Of a DNA stretch of 64,000 nucleotides, positions 36,196 through 50,780 are shown piece after piece. The notes under the pieces are model-generated. The model made no database searches. It saw only the letters and a list, made by a program, of their open reading frames with translations, and was not told the origin of the DNA. The DNA comes from the human T2T-CHM13v2.0 reference genome, Homo sapiens, in NCBI RefSeq assembly GCF_009914755.1, contig NC_060928.1; one strand, given 5' to 3'. Positions within the stretch are counted from its first letter, which is position 1. The number at the start of each line of letters is the position of its first letter. Both the position numbers and the translations under genes were made by a program.

Positions 36196-36674
36196 CAAGC
36201 TAGGGCTGGAGATAAGATTTGGAAGTCTTAAGCATACAGATTGGGGTTAATCCTATATTAGATGGTATGATCGTCTACTATGGATGAATAAAAAGAGGAT
36301 CATAGCGGGGAGCATCAACCCTTGGGGAGAAAGACCGAGTGACAGGAGCCCCAAAAAGAGACCAAAAACAAACAGACAGAAAAATAAGCAAACAAGCAAA
36401 AACAAACAAGCAAAAAATCGTTGGCGAGAGGGAGAGAGAGGAGTTTGAAACAGGAAAATCAAGAGAGTAAAGAATCTTGAGAAGAATGAGTGGTGACAAT
36501 GTCAAACGCAGCGAGCACATCCAGAAAGATACATGTAAGCCAACAGTGGACGTCAACGGCAAAAACCCAAAACACATCGTATGAAACTTTAAGCTGAATA
36601 AGGTAAATTAACTACAGTGCCCAAATGAAAGGAGATAGAAAATCTACTCAGGAAGACCTGCTTAGATAAACACA

Positions 36675-37090
36675 GTTTTTATGCCAGTATCTTACTATTT
36701 TGACTACTGTTGCTTTGTAAATATTTTGAAATCAGGAAATGTGATGCTTCCAGCTCTGCTCTTCTTTCTCAGAACTGTTTTGGCTTTTAAAACCAATAAA
36801 TACATTCAGTACAGTTGCAAAATACAAATCAACATACAAAAATCACTAGCATTTCTTTATACTAATAACAAACTATCTGAAAAGAAAATTAGGAAAACAA
36901 CCCCATTTACATTCAAATACTATCAGAATAAAACACTTAGGCATAAACTTAACTAAGGCAGGGAAAGACTTGTACACTGCACTGAAAACTACAAAACATT
37001 GATAAAAAAATTAAAGAAGACATACAAATGGAAAGACATCCTGTGTTCATTAAAACATCCATTCTACTGAAGGCAATCTACAGATTCAAA
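36675..37090. mobile_element. Two L1 ORF2 fragments in opposite orientation
   Basis: 36675-36787 is antisense ORF2 sequence; 36790-37090 is sense (KINIQKSLAFLYTNN-like). Confidence 0.75.
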
Positions 37091-37091
37091 T

Positions 37092-37422
37092 ACCACATAA
37101 ACTGAGTAACTTATAAACAACAGAAATTTATCACAGTTCTGGAGACTTGGAAGTCTAAGATCAAAGCATCGGCAGATGCAGCATCTGGTAATGGTCCACC
37201 TTCTAGTTCATAGATGTTGCCTTCTTGCTATACACTTATATGACAAAAGAGGTGAGGGGTCTCTTTCAGGTCTCTTACATAAGGGAACTAGTAGTGTTCA
37301 TGAGGGCTCTGCCCTCATGACCTAATCACCTTCCAAAGTCCCCACCTCCTAATGCTATCACCTTGGAGGTTAGAATTTCAGCATATAAATTTGGGGGAGA
37401 CACAAACATTCAGTCCACTGCA
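37092..37422 (-). mobile_element. MLT1A-like LTR
   Basis: aacaacagaaatttatcacagttctggag...gggctctgccctcatgacctaatcacc...aacattcagtcca. Confidence 0.8.
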
Positions 37423-37910
37423 GTGGCCCTCAGCATCTAGAGTATAGTGGGTTGCATCAGTGGTCTGAGGCAGGTAGACAGAAGCCAGTGACTTGGGCAG
37501 GCCCCAGTAAAAATCAGAGCACTTATGTGTGGTCACATCCTTTTCTTCCCTGCCCAGGTACAAGCTGTAATATCAGCTTGGAGCTGTTTTCTTTTCCCCG
37601 TCCACTCACTTTGCACTGAGCTGAAGGTTGCAGCTGTGGCATATGCTAGCTTGCTATTATGAACTCTAGTTTTGTTCTCAGTAATAGCTTCTGGACATCT
37701 ATAGTATGTGAGATTGTTAGTGCTCAGTGACAGGTGACACAGAAGCCAGTGTTCTGTGCATGCCCCAGAAAAGTCAAGGCATTAGATATATGGTGCTTCT
37801 CTTCTCCTCCTTCCTCAAAGAAAAGCTTGGAGCTCCCAGTTGTATGTCACTGTGCTAGGGGCTTTGGACAAGAGGGTGTCTTGAACTCTCCTACCAGTTT
37901 TTATGTATAA

Positions 37911-38240
37911 GCATAATGATGTTTTGCTCAATGGTTGACCATATATATAAAATGGTTGTCCCATATGATCATAATACTGTATTTTTATTATACCTTTTCT
38001 ATTTTAGATACACAAATACTTGCCATTGTGTCCCAGTTGCCTACAGTATTCAGTACAGTAACATGCTGTACAGATGTGTAGCCTAGGAGTAATAGGTTAT
38101 ACCATATAGCCTATGTGCATAGTAGGCTATACCATCCAGGTTTGTGTAAGTATACTCTATGATATTTGTACAACATTGAAATTTCCTTAAGAGATCCATT
38201 TCTCAGAACATATTGCTCTCATTAAGTGACACATGACTGT
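37911..38240. mobile_element. Tigger3/MER7-like DNA transposon
   Basis: ttgcctacagtattcagtacagtaacatgctgtacag...gcctaggag...catgactgta. Confidence 0.75.
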
Positions 38241-38559
38241 AGCTGGTTTTGTACTCAGCCTGGATATGGGAGTCTTACAGCTGGTTTTTGGATTTCTCAT
38301 AAAGAGAATGTTAGTATTTTGCTCTTGAGTCAGTATGTCTGTAGAGGGAAGAAAAGTGTAGGAGGGTCTTCTGCCATCTTGCTCAGAAAGCTGATTTTTA
38401 AAAAAGAATTTTGGATCAGAATAAGGGCATTCTGTTAATTAAAGTTATTTAACCATAAATTTGGCTTTATTTTAAGTAGCAAACTCTGGGTCAATAGGAT
38501 TTTTCAGAACAAAGAAAAATAACTAGCTGTCAGAGAGGCTAAGGGACACGATATTAGAG

Positions 38560-38740
38560 AAAGAGCACTGAACCTGGAATCTGGAAATAATAGGCTTCTC
38601 AGATTGTTCTTGCCTTGACTCAGTATGGACACTTGGGAAAGTCACTTTAACTCTCTGGGCCTTGCTTTCCTCATTTGTAAAATGAAGAGGTTGAACTAGA
38701 TGACCTTTGAGGTTCCTTCTGGTCTTAATGATTCTGTGAT
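38560..38740. mobile_element. MIR/MIR3
   Basis: ttgggaaagtcactttaactctctgggcc...ttcctcatttgtaaaatga. Confidence 0.75.
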
Positions 38741-39404
38741 GCAGAAGATATTTCTGCATTGGGATGTCATCCTTATAATTTATTGAGGTGGATATTAGAG
38801 GATTATGGTAGGAGGTGTGGAGGTAGAAACAGATCTGACTTGAATCATGTCAGACCTACCAGTGGAGATTCAGCCACTTGGCAAGGCATGGTGTCCAAAG
38901 AATGTAGTAATTTAAAGTGTAACCTCTGGCAAAGGAACACTAGGCTAGAACAAAAGAATGGGGAAATCCAGAGCAGGAAAAATAGAGGATGAGGGAAAGG
39001 GTCTATTCTTGGGCTAGATTCAGGGCTAGATTCAGGGGTACATACATTCTAGCCTCCAGGGAAATATCAAGTCCTAAGAGTGGAGACCAGGGTCTTGTTG
39101 ATACTAGCGCAGGATGTGGAAAAAGAATTCCTGGCATAAGACCAGCTATCCACACATGAAATGTAGGATGGAAGACTTTGGCCCTGGACTATGTGCTCAG
39201 AAGCACCTCATCTGAAGAGAGAAATATAACTTAGGGAGCTATTTAAAAATCTAGTGGTTGGTCTTCACATTTTCTGAGTCATGCTGGCATCCAGCATGAG
39301 CTGGAGAATAGTCTGTGCCCTGGAGCAGAGGCATAGGAATTTTTAAAGAAGCCCTTAAATCTTTCCAACTGGTTGTAGTGGTCTTATTAAATCTGACAGT
39401 GGCT

Positions 39405-39740
39405 AGCATAAAAAGGAACAAAATAATGGCATTTGCAGCAACCTGGATGGAATTGCAGACCATTATTCTAAGTGAAGTAACTCAGGAATGGAAAACTAAA
39501 CATCATTTTGTTCTCACTTATAAGTGGGAGCTAAACCATGAGGACTTTGAGGATACAATGGACTTTGGGGACTCAGGAAAAAGGCTGGGAGGTAGGTGAG
39601 GGATAAAAGACTAGACATTAGGTACAATGTACACTGTTCGGGCGACAGGTGCACCAAAATCTCAAAAATCACCTCTAAAGAACTTATTTATGTAACCAAA
39701 CACCACCTCTTCCCCAAAACCCTATTGAAATAAAAAAAAG
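39405..39740 (+). mobile_element. L1PB-like 3' end fragment
   Basis: ORF2 C-terminal remnant (MAFAATWMELQTIILSEVTQEWK), 3'UTR, attgaaataaaaaaaa. Confidence 0.88.
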
Positions 39741-42700
39741 AAATGACAAATGCATTAATTTAGACCTTAACCTTGTGTGCTTTCTATATAAAAAATAAAA
39801 AAGTTGTTTTGAACTTTGCAGTTGCCATTTAAACTATAATATGCTGTCAGCATAATGTGTCTAACAGTAAAATAATCCTAGGTCTACTTCTCCCAAGGTT
39901 ACCTTCAAATATAAAAGTTGTGAAACTTCATAAAAAGATCTTATAATGGCTAGGAGAATATAATCCATTTTCTTTAAGATTCAGCATAAAACCTAAAATA
40001 AATGTAACATAACTAACAAATATGGCTGTATGTGATTAAATATCTTGTTTACTAAATGCAGAAGAACTTAAGATATCATGGAGGCTGAAAAGACCACGCA
40101 CAGCCAACATCTCTGCCTGAGAACTTTTTATCAGTGCTATCATTTCTATTGCAAGCAAGGGTGATCACTAGTCACTTCATTCTGGGAATGCTCTTTTCTC
40201 CTTTCTGTTTCTAAAGTCTTTTTTTTTTTTTTGAGATGTTGGGTAATGGCCTCTAAAATATTTCCTTTCGTTAACTTTAAACTAAAAAATAAGATCCAAA
40301 ATTAAAATTGTGATACTTTTAAAGCTTACAGCACTTGTTTTATAATATGACTAGCCCTAGAAAGCATAATGATACTATTTCTTCTGAACAGTTTCCTGGG
40401 TTTTTACAGCATAGCAATATATGTCTTTCACATTTTAAAAACTTTTATGTGTTGAAGTTTATCTTGGTCCATAACCACATTTTCAAAAAGTTGAATATGC
40501 TGATTTCACCAAAATGACACTTTGTTTATGCACAATTTTTCCTTACAATGTTTTCTTAAATCTGTCAACATTCTGTTAGATGCCCATTTAATGACAAAGA
40601 TACTAAACTAGCTGGTAATATTTATAGGGAAATTTTACGCAAGTTTTCCAAATCCTACTGCCTCAGGACAAAATATATAACCCTCTGTGAAACTGGACAT
40701 TTCTTTTTGTGGCAGGTTACTAGAGTTTTCAAATCACGTACTAAAAATTGAAAGAAAGTCTTTACTAGTTGAGTGGAGATAGTATAAAGTGCTTATATAT
40801 AGAACAGACACATTTTTCAGATTAACAAGTGTTCTCAATTTTATCTTGCCCTTGATACAGGGCCAGTGGAAGTTAGGTTCTAAAGCCAGGTGAATAAATG
40901 TAAAGTTGCCATTCATTCACTCAGCAAACATTTATTAGGCAGATACTGTGGCCTCCACTCTCATGGAGCTGATGTTTTTATAATGGCTGTCTTGGCAGTG
41001 TGGTCCAGGGAGTCTGTCGTCCCTGGCCTGGGGTAATCTTAGTCTGTGGTTGCTCCTATACTTTTTCTTTTCTTTGTCTTACTCCATGATAGTTGTCCTT
41101 ATAAAAGTATTTCTTCAGGTGATCCATTTGACAGGGGGATATTCAATCTCTGCTTAAGGAAGCAAACATTTCCTGGAGTCCAGCAAAATAGAATAAAATT
41201 CCTCAGCTCCATCTGGAAAAAAAAAAGCTTGCCCTTGAGCAACTTGGGTATATCTTTAGGTTGCTAGATATTGTGTCATCATTTGGCCTAAATGAAAACA
41301 TGCTTTCGTTACAAGATGATGTATTTGACTCTCCTAAAAAGGAAGCATTATTGGTATCTAACATGTGCCTAAACTAGTAAACTATATGTAAAATCCTAAC
41401 CCTGGGAAATGAATGTGTGCTTTTCCCGATATTTTCTCAAATAGTCAATTTTGAAGGACACATGTTTTATTTCTGACTGAAATGACGACTAAACTGCTGC
41501 TGGAGACACACCACACACAGGAATTTGACAGTTGGCTAATGCTTAGAAACTCGAATTAACAGAATTATCATTTCATGTCATTATTCTAAAAAAGATATAA
41601 TTACGTGGGAAGTGCACTAATAATCCTTGTGGTTGTTTCCTCAAGGCCAAAATAAAATGATACCATTCAAAGGGATCATTAGAGTCACGAGTGGCAAAAT
41701 GTGAATATCTGTAGGGTAGGGACTAAAGCAGAAGTATCTCCCAAAAAAGTCATACACTACAGCTGCCAAATGAGTGCCCCATGGGGGACATGAAGATGGG
41801 AGGAAGTCACACCTCAGAATTTTACAAACCAATACCTGCTCTGAAATATCATTAACTCTGACAGGAGATTCTGTCAGAGTTAAATATCATTAACTCTGGA
41901 GATTGAGCTGTTTTAGGGCACTCAGTAGAGTCAAGCTTGGGCTTAAAGGAATGTGACCAAATGTAACTTCAGTAGAGTCAGGCTAGGTTAGCATGGTTAC
42001 ATCTGCAGCACGGCCAACTGTTTTGTCCTGTATTTAAAGGAAAATGGCGTTAGCTGAAGTTAGCTCTGCATGAAACCTAGAGAAGAGCAAGCAGCCAAAA
42101 GAAGGAAAAATGGGTTGCCTGTTTCTAGCTATCTTAAGACAAAAGGTATTCTGACCTTGGATGCTGAGTCTTCAGGACCGTCAGCAGTTATTTTGCCCAG
42201 GATGGAGATGGCTGTTATTGGCTTGATGGGATTTCTCAGATCCCATTATCATCAGTTTCCTGCTTATGAAGTGGTTGCCCAGTAGAGCCTCCTTAAAGGA
42301 GAGAATCTATTAACCAGAGGACTCTGATTTTCAGTTTTCTTTGACTTTGATTTTCACTGTAATTTATAATTTGTCATTTTGGCACATATATCATGTCTCT
42401 TGTGGGTCTGCATCCTGTCTCTGTGCCCACAGACAAAATTGAGCTTCTAGACCTCTGACTCTGACAGGCCATGGACTGCAGTGATGAGCCAAGGAACTGC
42501 TTCTACATGGCTGGAAGACATCTAGGTGGTTTTAGAAATCTAAAAAGAGTGTTGCATCACTTGGCTTTGTAAAGAGATTGTGTAATGTACATAATCTTAT
42601 GAATATCTAACCTTAAAATGATTTTGATACATTTTCTCAGATTTCTGGGATAAAAACCAGTGGCAATCAACTGTTATTGTTTATCTCATTTCTTTTCTCC

Positions 42701-42889
42701 CAGTTGTCTCTGATTATGATGACCTCACGTGTGAAATGCCAAATGCGGTCTGCTCTTTAGACATAGTTGATCAATTTAATACATTCTGTAGCCTCAGTAG
42801 AATGACATGTTTCTGAGATGAGGAGTGCCAGATAAAGGAACAACTTAATGTAGATATGTTGATTTGGAAATAATTTGTGTATTATCTAT

Positions 42890-43761
42890 ATGAGAAAGAA
42901 AAAAAAACCTTTTTATCTGAGAAATGCAAGTCCCTTTAAATTATCCAGCCCAGAGAGGCATTTAAAATGTAACACCTGTCACATCCCACTCCCTCTTGAC
43001 CTAAATAATATACTTGTTGAAGTGACTTGCTGTGGGGACTCTAGACTAACTCATGCCGAGCAGCCATAAAATGTCATACCCCCTGTAATTCAACAGTGTA
43101 TAGCCAACCACTAACCAATGTTATTTCTGTAAACCAATGCGAATTCCTGACAAACCACTTTTTGTAATTGCCTTCTGATACAGTTTGGATATTGTTCCTT
43201 CCAAATCTCTTATTGAAATGTGATCCCCAGTGTTGGAGGTGAGGCCAGGTGGAAAGTGTTTGGGTCAGGGGGTTGGATCTCTCATGAACATCTTGGTGCC
43301 ATCCTCAAAGTAATGAGTGAGTTCTTGCTGTATGAGTACCCACATGATCTGATTGTTTAAAGAGCCTGGCACTTCCTCCCCTCTCTGTTGCTTCTCTCTT
43401 GCCATGTGATCTGCACATGGCAGCTCCCCTTCCCCTTCTGCCAGGAGTGGACCTTCTTGAGGCCCTCACCAGAAGCAGATGCTGGCACCATGTTTCCTAT
43501 ACAGCCCACAGAACCATGGCCCAAATAAATCTTTTTTCTTTATAAATTACCTAGCCTCAGGACTCTTTTATAGCAACGCAAAAGGACTAAGACACTCCAT
43601 CTCCTGATTTGTTCCTTTTTCTCTAAAAACTTAAACCTCTTCTTCACTCTCTGGAGCACTCTCCAAGGCAACCTGGAGGTTGTCCCAGGCTGCAGTCCTC
43701 AACCTTGGCTCAGATAAACTCTATATTAATTTTGCCTCAGCTTCTTCCTTTTAGGTGAACA
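42890..43761 (+). mobile_element. ERV1/MER4-group solo LTR, interrupted by an MST LTR
   Basis: tgagaaag...tgtaaaccaatgcgaattcctg...gcagtcctcaaccttggc...ttaggtgaaca. Subfamily not determined. Confidence 0.65.
43176..43594 (+). mobile_element. MST solo LTR
   Basis: tgatacagtttgg...ccaaataaa...ggactaagaca; similar to 7116-7522. Confidence 0.88.
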
Positions 43762-46700
43762 TATTCAGGATACTAATAAAATACTTAAAAGTTATATTTT
43801 TTTCATTAATTATTAATATCTTAAGTGATAAAAATAAGGGCAGATCTCAAATCTCAGGGGTGCTGAGAATTCAAGAGCACAATCAAAACACTTAGGAAGC
43901 TCCTGAAAGGTAACTAGAAGCCAAAACTTGGGAACTTGCCTCCTTATTAAATTAAATAATATTTTAGTGTGACTTCATGAACAAATCACACAGATGACCA
44001 TGTATGTGGATTCTAGCATTACATTTTAAGCTTAGCAATGTGCTTGATCCTCAATAAATGTTACAGAATCTGAATGCAAGTTCCCACAATCCAGTAATTA
44101 TAAATAATGACTTGCTCAGATAAGTATGTAGCAATTCAGATTGTTGATTGTTTACACTGAACTATGAATCTTCCATCATTATTTCTGTGCATAATTTTTT
44201 TCCTCCATTAAAAAGGCTTAATTCATTCAAGGATAATCTAATTAAAGATCAAATTGGGTAGGATAGAAGGCAAGGGTAGACTTTGTAGTCCTGTACTAAA
44301 CAAGTGGCAGGTCACTGTGAATGTCTCTTGAATGAATTATCTACCTGTTAAGAGTCTACTAAGACCATTTCAAACAACACTGTAAATTAACAATTGGGTC
44401 ATGTACTGGATTTTGTGTAATTTTCTACCTTTCTTTGTATTTTTCCTTCCTTTTTATATTTAATATTGGAAATTTTCTCAAGTTCTCTTATGAACATTAG
44501 AGGATTTAAAACTACCAAGTTTTAAGTAAAAATTAAGTAGGAATATGGCACGGCTCAAGGGTATACTATTTCTTCAAGAAATAGATATTAAGGCTTTTAC
44601 TTGTTTTTACGTACTCCTTCCTGTATAAATAACTACTCTTACAGTTAAGTACAATTTAGCTCATCTTACTAACTTTATTGTTCACCTGATGGCTTTGTTG
44701 TTCATACAATGCTGTGGCACTAACAAAATTCAAGTGCTTTGGTTTCATTTTTGGAATTTACTTAGTGTTATTCTATTGTTTCAGTGGCCACTATGATTCG
44801 CAGATGTAATTTTATTATTTGAAATATAAACAACAGAGTCAAAGAGGGAGAAAAATGTAGCCAAAGTGGTTTGCCAGGATATGCACTGGATTAATTAAGA
44901 AAGTGGTGATTATAAAGAAAGCCATTTACATTCCTTATTCTCTTCCTCCCTCTGACTTTCATGTGCAGCCAATAAAGACACTATCAATTCAATTTCCTAC
45001 CACTTAACTCCAAATACTGAGAGGCAAAAAATTTACTACTTTATAAGTGAGCAAAAAGTCTCCTTTTATTATCTTATAATCTTTATTTACTTACTACTTC
45101 ATAAACAAAGTGGTAATTTAATGCCATTTCTATTTTTCTGAAAAGTCAAGCGTACCCAGATGTTTTCTTGGGTAGGTTACTTATATTGGCTCATGGTTCT
45201 TTTTTCCCTTGTGGCCATTGTTCATTTCTACACAGACATCTGCTCAGCCTATGAGATGACTGGCAAAATGTGCCAGCCCCTTTTATTTCAGTTTTTTGTT
45301 CACTTATTAAGTAGCATGCTGTTTGCATCTCTTTCTTCAAAATTTTTACTGATAAACAATTGGATTCTTTGTTCAGTTGTTTGCATACAGTCAGCAGGTC
45401 TCCACATAGAATGAGACGATGCTACAGAGCCCACAGTATTTAAACAGGATCAAGGTGCATTACAAAATCCTGTTGTTCACCTGTGTGGAGAGAGCCAACA
45501 TCAAAGGGCTGGCATCTGCTCCAAATTATCTACTTTTTGGCTATGTGCATATGAAAACATGTTCTTCAAGGGGTTTGCTTGCTAAATGGTACCTGTGAGA
45601 TTACTATATTATGGAATATAGTAACTTTTTTTTTTTTTTGCAAACACTTGAAGAAAGCTGCAACCCTTTTAAACTAACAATGGGGTTAAACTTTGGTGAC
45701 TGGTGATTTCCTGTGGGTTTTGAACATGAAGGTAGCTTTTCGTTATAGGAAACACTAGATGGCCACCAGTATCACTGCAATTAGTAACTTTAAAAGGAAG
45801 AAAATATTTATCTATGGAAGATTTGGTTATTTCTTAGGGGTAAATGCATCCTAGAACCATATCACTGAAGGATGTAGTAGAGTACGAAAGAGTTACAGAC
45901 TCAGAGGCAGAAATCTGGGCTTTAACTGACTGGGCAAACTGGACAAACCACTTAGTACATTTAGCTTCAACAACGAGGAGGCTGAACCACATGATCTCTA
46001 GTTCCCATTTTATTTCTAAGATTTCATGCTTCTATGAATCTAGAAGGATTTTTTTTATGTATTTCTTGTCCTTAGCAAGACTTACATACAAACAACTTAG
46101 GTAATACTATATTGCATATTCTCTTCTTAAAAGTATTCCAAAAAATATCTCTCTGCAGTATATTTTGATAGCTAGAACTTTACCAGAAAAATTTTCTTAA
46201 GTTCGAACCTGAGTTGCAATGGCTGAAAGTTATTATTAATATCCTTTATTTAGTCTCTAGGAAAACTCCAGAATAGTGTTCTCCCCTTGATTATATAATG
46301 GTTATATTCTTCACTGCTGTATCCTCTATGCTTAGCAGAGTTCCTGACACATGGTAGGGGCTCAACAAATGCTTTTGGAACTAATACATTAATAAATGAG
46401 TAGTTCTTCATAAATGTAAAGCATGAGGCTAATTCGCAATCCCATTGAATAAAAGAATTGGCCTATGTCATTCCTGCACAGTCTTGAATCACATTCTGGA
46501 TATCTCCTCATTTATGACTTTGCTCAAGCTGTTTCCTCCAGCTGAAATGCTACTGTCCTTCCTTTCTCTATCCTCAAGTTCCACCTACCCATCCAGACAC
46601 AGCACAAACGGTACTTTTTAATAGTACTTTTTTTCTTGAGCTCCTCCAGTTAGAAGGAATCTCTGCCTTTTCTTGATTCCCTTTGTCCTTCATCTGAGCC

Positions 46701-47011
46701 TTTCTTGCCTTAATCACTTTTTACCTTGCTCTGTAGTTGGTTCACAGTGTTACTAGAAGAGGAATTGAAGATTTAGGAAAAGGGCATGCAGTCAGAAGGG
46801 GGAACTCAATGATTAAGAGTTAGGTTGAGAATCCTTGACTTACACTCAAATGTTCAATACTCTTGTAGGATTATGAGTGTAGCAGAGAAGGCTGTATTTT
46901 CTTAAAGACAAGAAGAGATCATCTTTTCATTTCATTTCCACACCAGTCACTAAATTTTCTAATTATAAATTGGTTTCTTATATAGACGTTTCCTCCAGAA
47001 ACAATACTGAT

Positions 47012-47487
47012 GGTATTAGTTTCCTTTTGTTGCTGTAATAAATTACCACAAATTTAGTGGCTTAAAACAACATAAATTTATTCCATTACAGTTCTACAAG
47101 TCAGAAGTCTAACTAAAATAAAGGGTGTTGCCAGGGCTGTGTTCTAACTGGAGGCTTCAGGAGGAAATCCATCTCCTTGCCTTTTCTAGCTTCTAAAGGC
47201 TGCCTGCATTCCTCGGCTTGTGGCCCTTTCCTCCAGCTTCAAAGTGCATCACTCCAACCTCTGGTTTCAGTCATCAGCTCCCCTTTTTCTCTGTGATCCT
47301 CTTGCATCTCTCTTATAGGGACCCTGCTGATTATTCTGGGCCCACTTAGGTAACTCAGGATAATCGCACCATCTCAACAGCCTTAACTTAATCAGACCTG
47401 AAAAGTCCGTTTTGCCATGTAAAGTAACACATTCACAATTTTGGTGGTTAGAATGTGGATATCTTTGGGGTCCATTATTCAGCCTAC
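47012..47487 (-). mobile_element. MLT1 LTR
   Basis: gtattagtttcc...aaattaccacaaatttagtggcttaaaacaac...ccattattcagcctac. Confidence 0.85.
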
Positions 47488-50400
47488 GTTAATGACCAAA
47501 GGACTTGAATGTCTGCTTTTTTGACAGCCATTTGCTTGTTATTATACATACAAACACTAATATTTTGGTTAAGAAGCTCTCTCATTCTTTTGTAAGGTGG
47601 TCCCCAGAGTCACCTCAGTTCTGAGCATACCAACAAAGTCATATAATGGCACCTGAATCCCATTAAATTGCTTGTTTAGATCTAATATCTGTTGGGTGCT
47701 TTATGCCTGTCTCTAGCTTTTGTAGTTTTCAGGTAAGCTCTGGTGTTTGAGCCTATTCTAATTGTTAGGTAAAGAGCTTGCAGAAAACATACATCTTATT
47801 GAGGAAGAAGAGATAGAATAATTGAAGGTCAGACAACTTCATTCTTCATGTTTGCTTAAAAATTTCAGGATAGTTTTAAAAGAAATTTCCTTCTAATTAT
47901 CTGGGTAAAATTATATAATGCACTTGCTTATCAAAATGTAACTCAGTATGTGCTCAAAAAATGTTAGAGCATGTCCAGGGTATAGACATATCACTCCAGT
48001 TATATGTCTTCTGGCACTTATGTTGGAAAGAATAGCATGAGTCAAACAGGGTTAGGCCTTGGAAAAATAAAAGACAAAATAGATAGCTTAAAACACAAGA
48101 CCATTCAAGTTCTTGCTTCACTAATTAACTCTCTTTTTTACCTGGCTTGTTTAGAGCAAAACTTTGACATATATTTTTCTAAGTTCATGACAAAATTTTA
48201 ATGGAAAAACTCAGCCTACAGGATGCATCATTTTTGTGTATGGGTGGTGTTTATTAACTAATGCCTTTTTCTTAGAATGACTTAAGAATCATAGAATTAT
48301 GGAGGGAAAGGGTTCCTAGAGACAACCCAATCAATCCCCTTATTTCAAGATTGGGAAACAGAGCCACAGATAGCTTGACCTAGCCAAGGTTACCCAGAGA
48401 GAGTGTGTCTCAGGCTTAGAATCCAAGTCTCCAGACCCCCAGCACAAGCTTTGCTGACTCTGTTGTTCCACTTTTGATTCTCTTCCTTTTCTCTCCCATT
48501 TCTTTCATTGTGTACCTAGACCTATTACTAGCTCCAGTAGAGAAGAATAACGAAGACTGTTCTGACGCCAATCTTTCTGGCTATAAGAAAAGGTGTGGTA
48601 GTGAAGGGAAAAGGAATTTGAAGCTATGTGTTTACAAATTTCAACTTTTCATATTAATTCTTCATTATCATGGAAAAGTAAGCATTGATTATAAAAAGAA
48701 GGATATACTGTGAAGTGGACTATGTAGAAAATGTAAAAAAAAAGTCTCCACTTCCATAACTTTCCCTTTCTCCCTTCTCACTCTGCCTGGTTAACACCTT
48801 CTTGGTCTGTAGCACTCGGTGTGGGTAAATCTTTCCTAACCTCTTGGTAAGAGATAGTTGCTTCAATATCCTAATCATAGCCCTGTAATTAAAAAAAAAT
48901 TCTAATATTTCAAGCAGGCTTCAAAAACCACATAATGCCATATCATCATTTTTTGTCTTTCAGAGTGTCCTCATTTCTCAATTTGCTCTTCATATTAATC
49001 AACTAGACTTGACCACGTAGGGATTTTTCAGATGTCTCAACCAGACAAATTTACTCAGATTCTACTTCTCTTCTGTTGGGAAAACAGCAGATACTTTTTA
49101 TAAGATAACGTGAGTAGTGTTTCTCTTTCCAAAACAACTTCTTTCGAATGAAACTGGAAAATCAAGGCTAATTTTCCTGTTGGACACTTCCTCCTATCTC
49201 TTTGGTTTAACAGAAAATATATACAATTATACATTTCCATAAAGGAATATATTGAAAATTTACTCAAATTATTTTAAGAAAAACAATCTTTGTTTTAATT
49301 CCAATGAAGAAATTTTTGAAAAGAAAAGTACATGACGAAGAAAGCATGGATCTCAGGGCCTGTCCTTATTCTTAGCTCTTGATACTTGTAAAGATGTGTT
49401 TTGGAATTAGTCCTAGAAAATTCTTTTTTATTTTTAATGGAGCAAAAGTAGTCTACTGAAAATTTCAGAGATCTGGTCCACAGGGTGAAATATTCCCAAG
49501 TAAAGCCATTTAGGAGATTAAACAACAAACAGAAGACCGCCTTTAATCTCACTCATATTTTCTCTTGTTCTATGGTTGTTATGAAGACATAATTTTAAAC
49601 AGAACATGATAGTACACGATAAATTTACCATACCTACCTGGAGAGTATAAACTGTTCAGACTTTACAAATCTGTGTTTATCTCTTGGCACAGCTCTCAGT
49701 TTAATGTAAGCTTTGTGGTGCATCCATAAAGCAGTCACATTAATTTTGGGTCCTTAATAACAGCCCAGTCTAACCCTTCTTAGGTCTGAGCTTAGCAACT
49801 CACAGCCACTCAAATCCTGACAGAAGCATGGTTGAGAGATGAAGCAGTCACACTAATTTGAGAGTAGTAATAAAACAGTCTGATCCTGGCCCTGTCTTTA
49901 TTACCATTTTCTGTTAAAAGTGCTCCTTATAGAAGGGCAGGTGAGACCTAGGAAAGTCATACTGGGCTTGATACTTTGTGTCGTGTCTGGGAGGGGAGTT
50001 GGTGTTTAGGAATGAGGCGCCCCTCTCTTCTCTGGCTAAATTTCAGCTGGGCTCCCCAGGGACTGGAGGCAAACGCCCTGCTAGGTAACCGTAAAAAGAG
50101 GTCCAGATGCTGACACACTGGGCTCCATCTTATCCTTGTGCTGCTTGACAACTCACACACTAACTGTGAGGGATGATCCTTGTGCTGCTAAGATGAAGGT
50201 CCTCTTGGGGGTAGTCCTGGTTGGGTAATTAGATACTTGACTTAGGTCCTCTCCCTGGCTTCCTTCTAAGTCTTAAGTCACCTCCTTGGGCTGTGCTTTT
50301 TCTTGTGTCAAGTAAAGTCGTACCCAAATATTTAATCTACTCGCATGGCTGTTTTGTCATTGGTGTTGGTGATGTCTATGCATTTGAAGAGCTACTCACA

Positions 50401-50531
50401 GTTTTTGGAGATAAAAGAACATCAAATATTCTTTTAAAAGATAATTTAAGCTACATTTGCCTTTCAACTGTTGGAGGAAAGTGTGAGAAGGCAGCTATTG
50501 CCAAAGGTTGGAAAGCAACAAATGGACTTAC

Positions 50532-50780
50532 CATCATAACGATCAGCCAGAATAGTCACCTTAGTGGTGGGGAATCTGGCTCCCAGCTGTCCTCCCACTG
50601 GCAGCCTAAGTGAAACGCTGAAGGATTCCTCCTCTTCATAAAGGGAGTCATCAATGATCAGGACCTGGCAGGTCTTCTGTGTCTCATTCTTGTCAAAGTG
50701 GAGGATGCTGGTGTGGTCTTCTGGACGTGAGATGTAATCAGAGAATAACACTGTGGAAGAAATCGTGCCTGTGGCAGAAC
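50532..50780 (-). CDS. FREM3: FREM3 internal coding exon (probably exon 6)
   Basis: tttctgtag|GTTCTGCC...TATGATG|gtaagt; 249 nt, phase 1-1; [83 protein letters not shown]. Confidence 0.96.
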
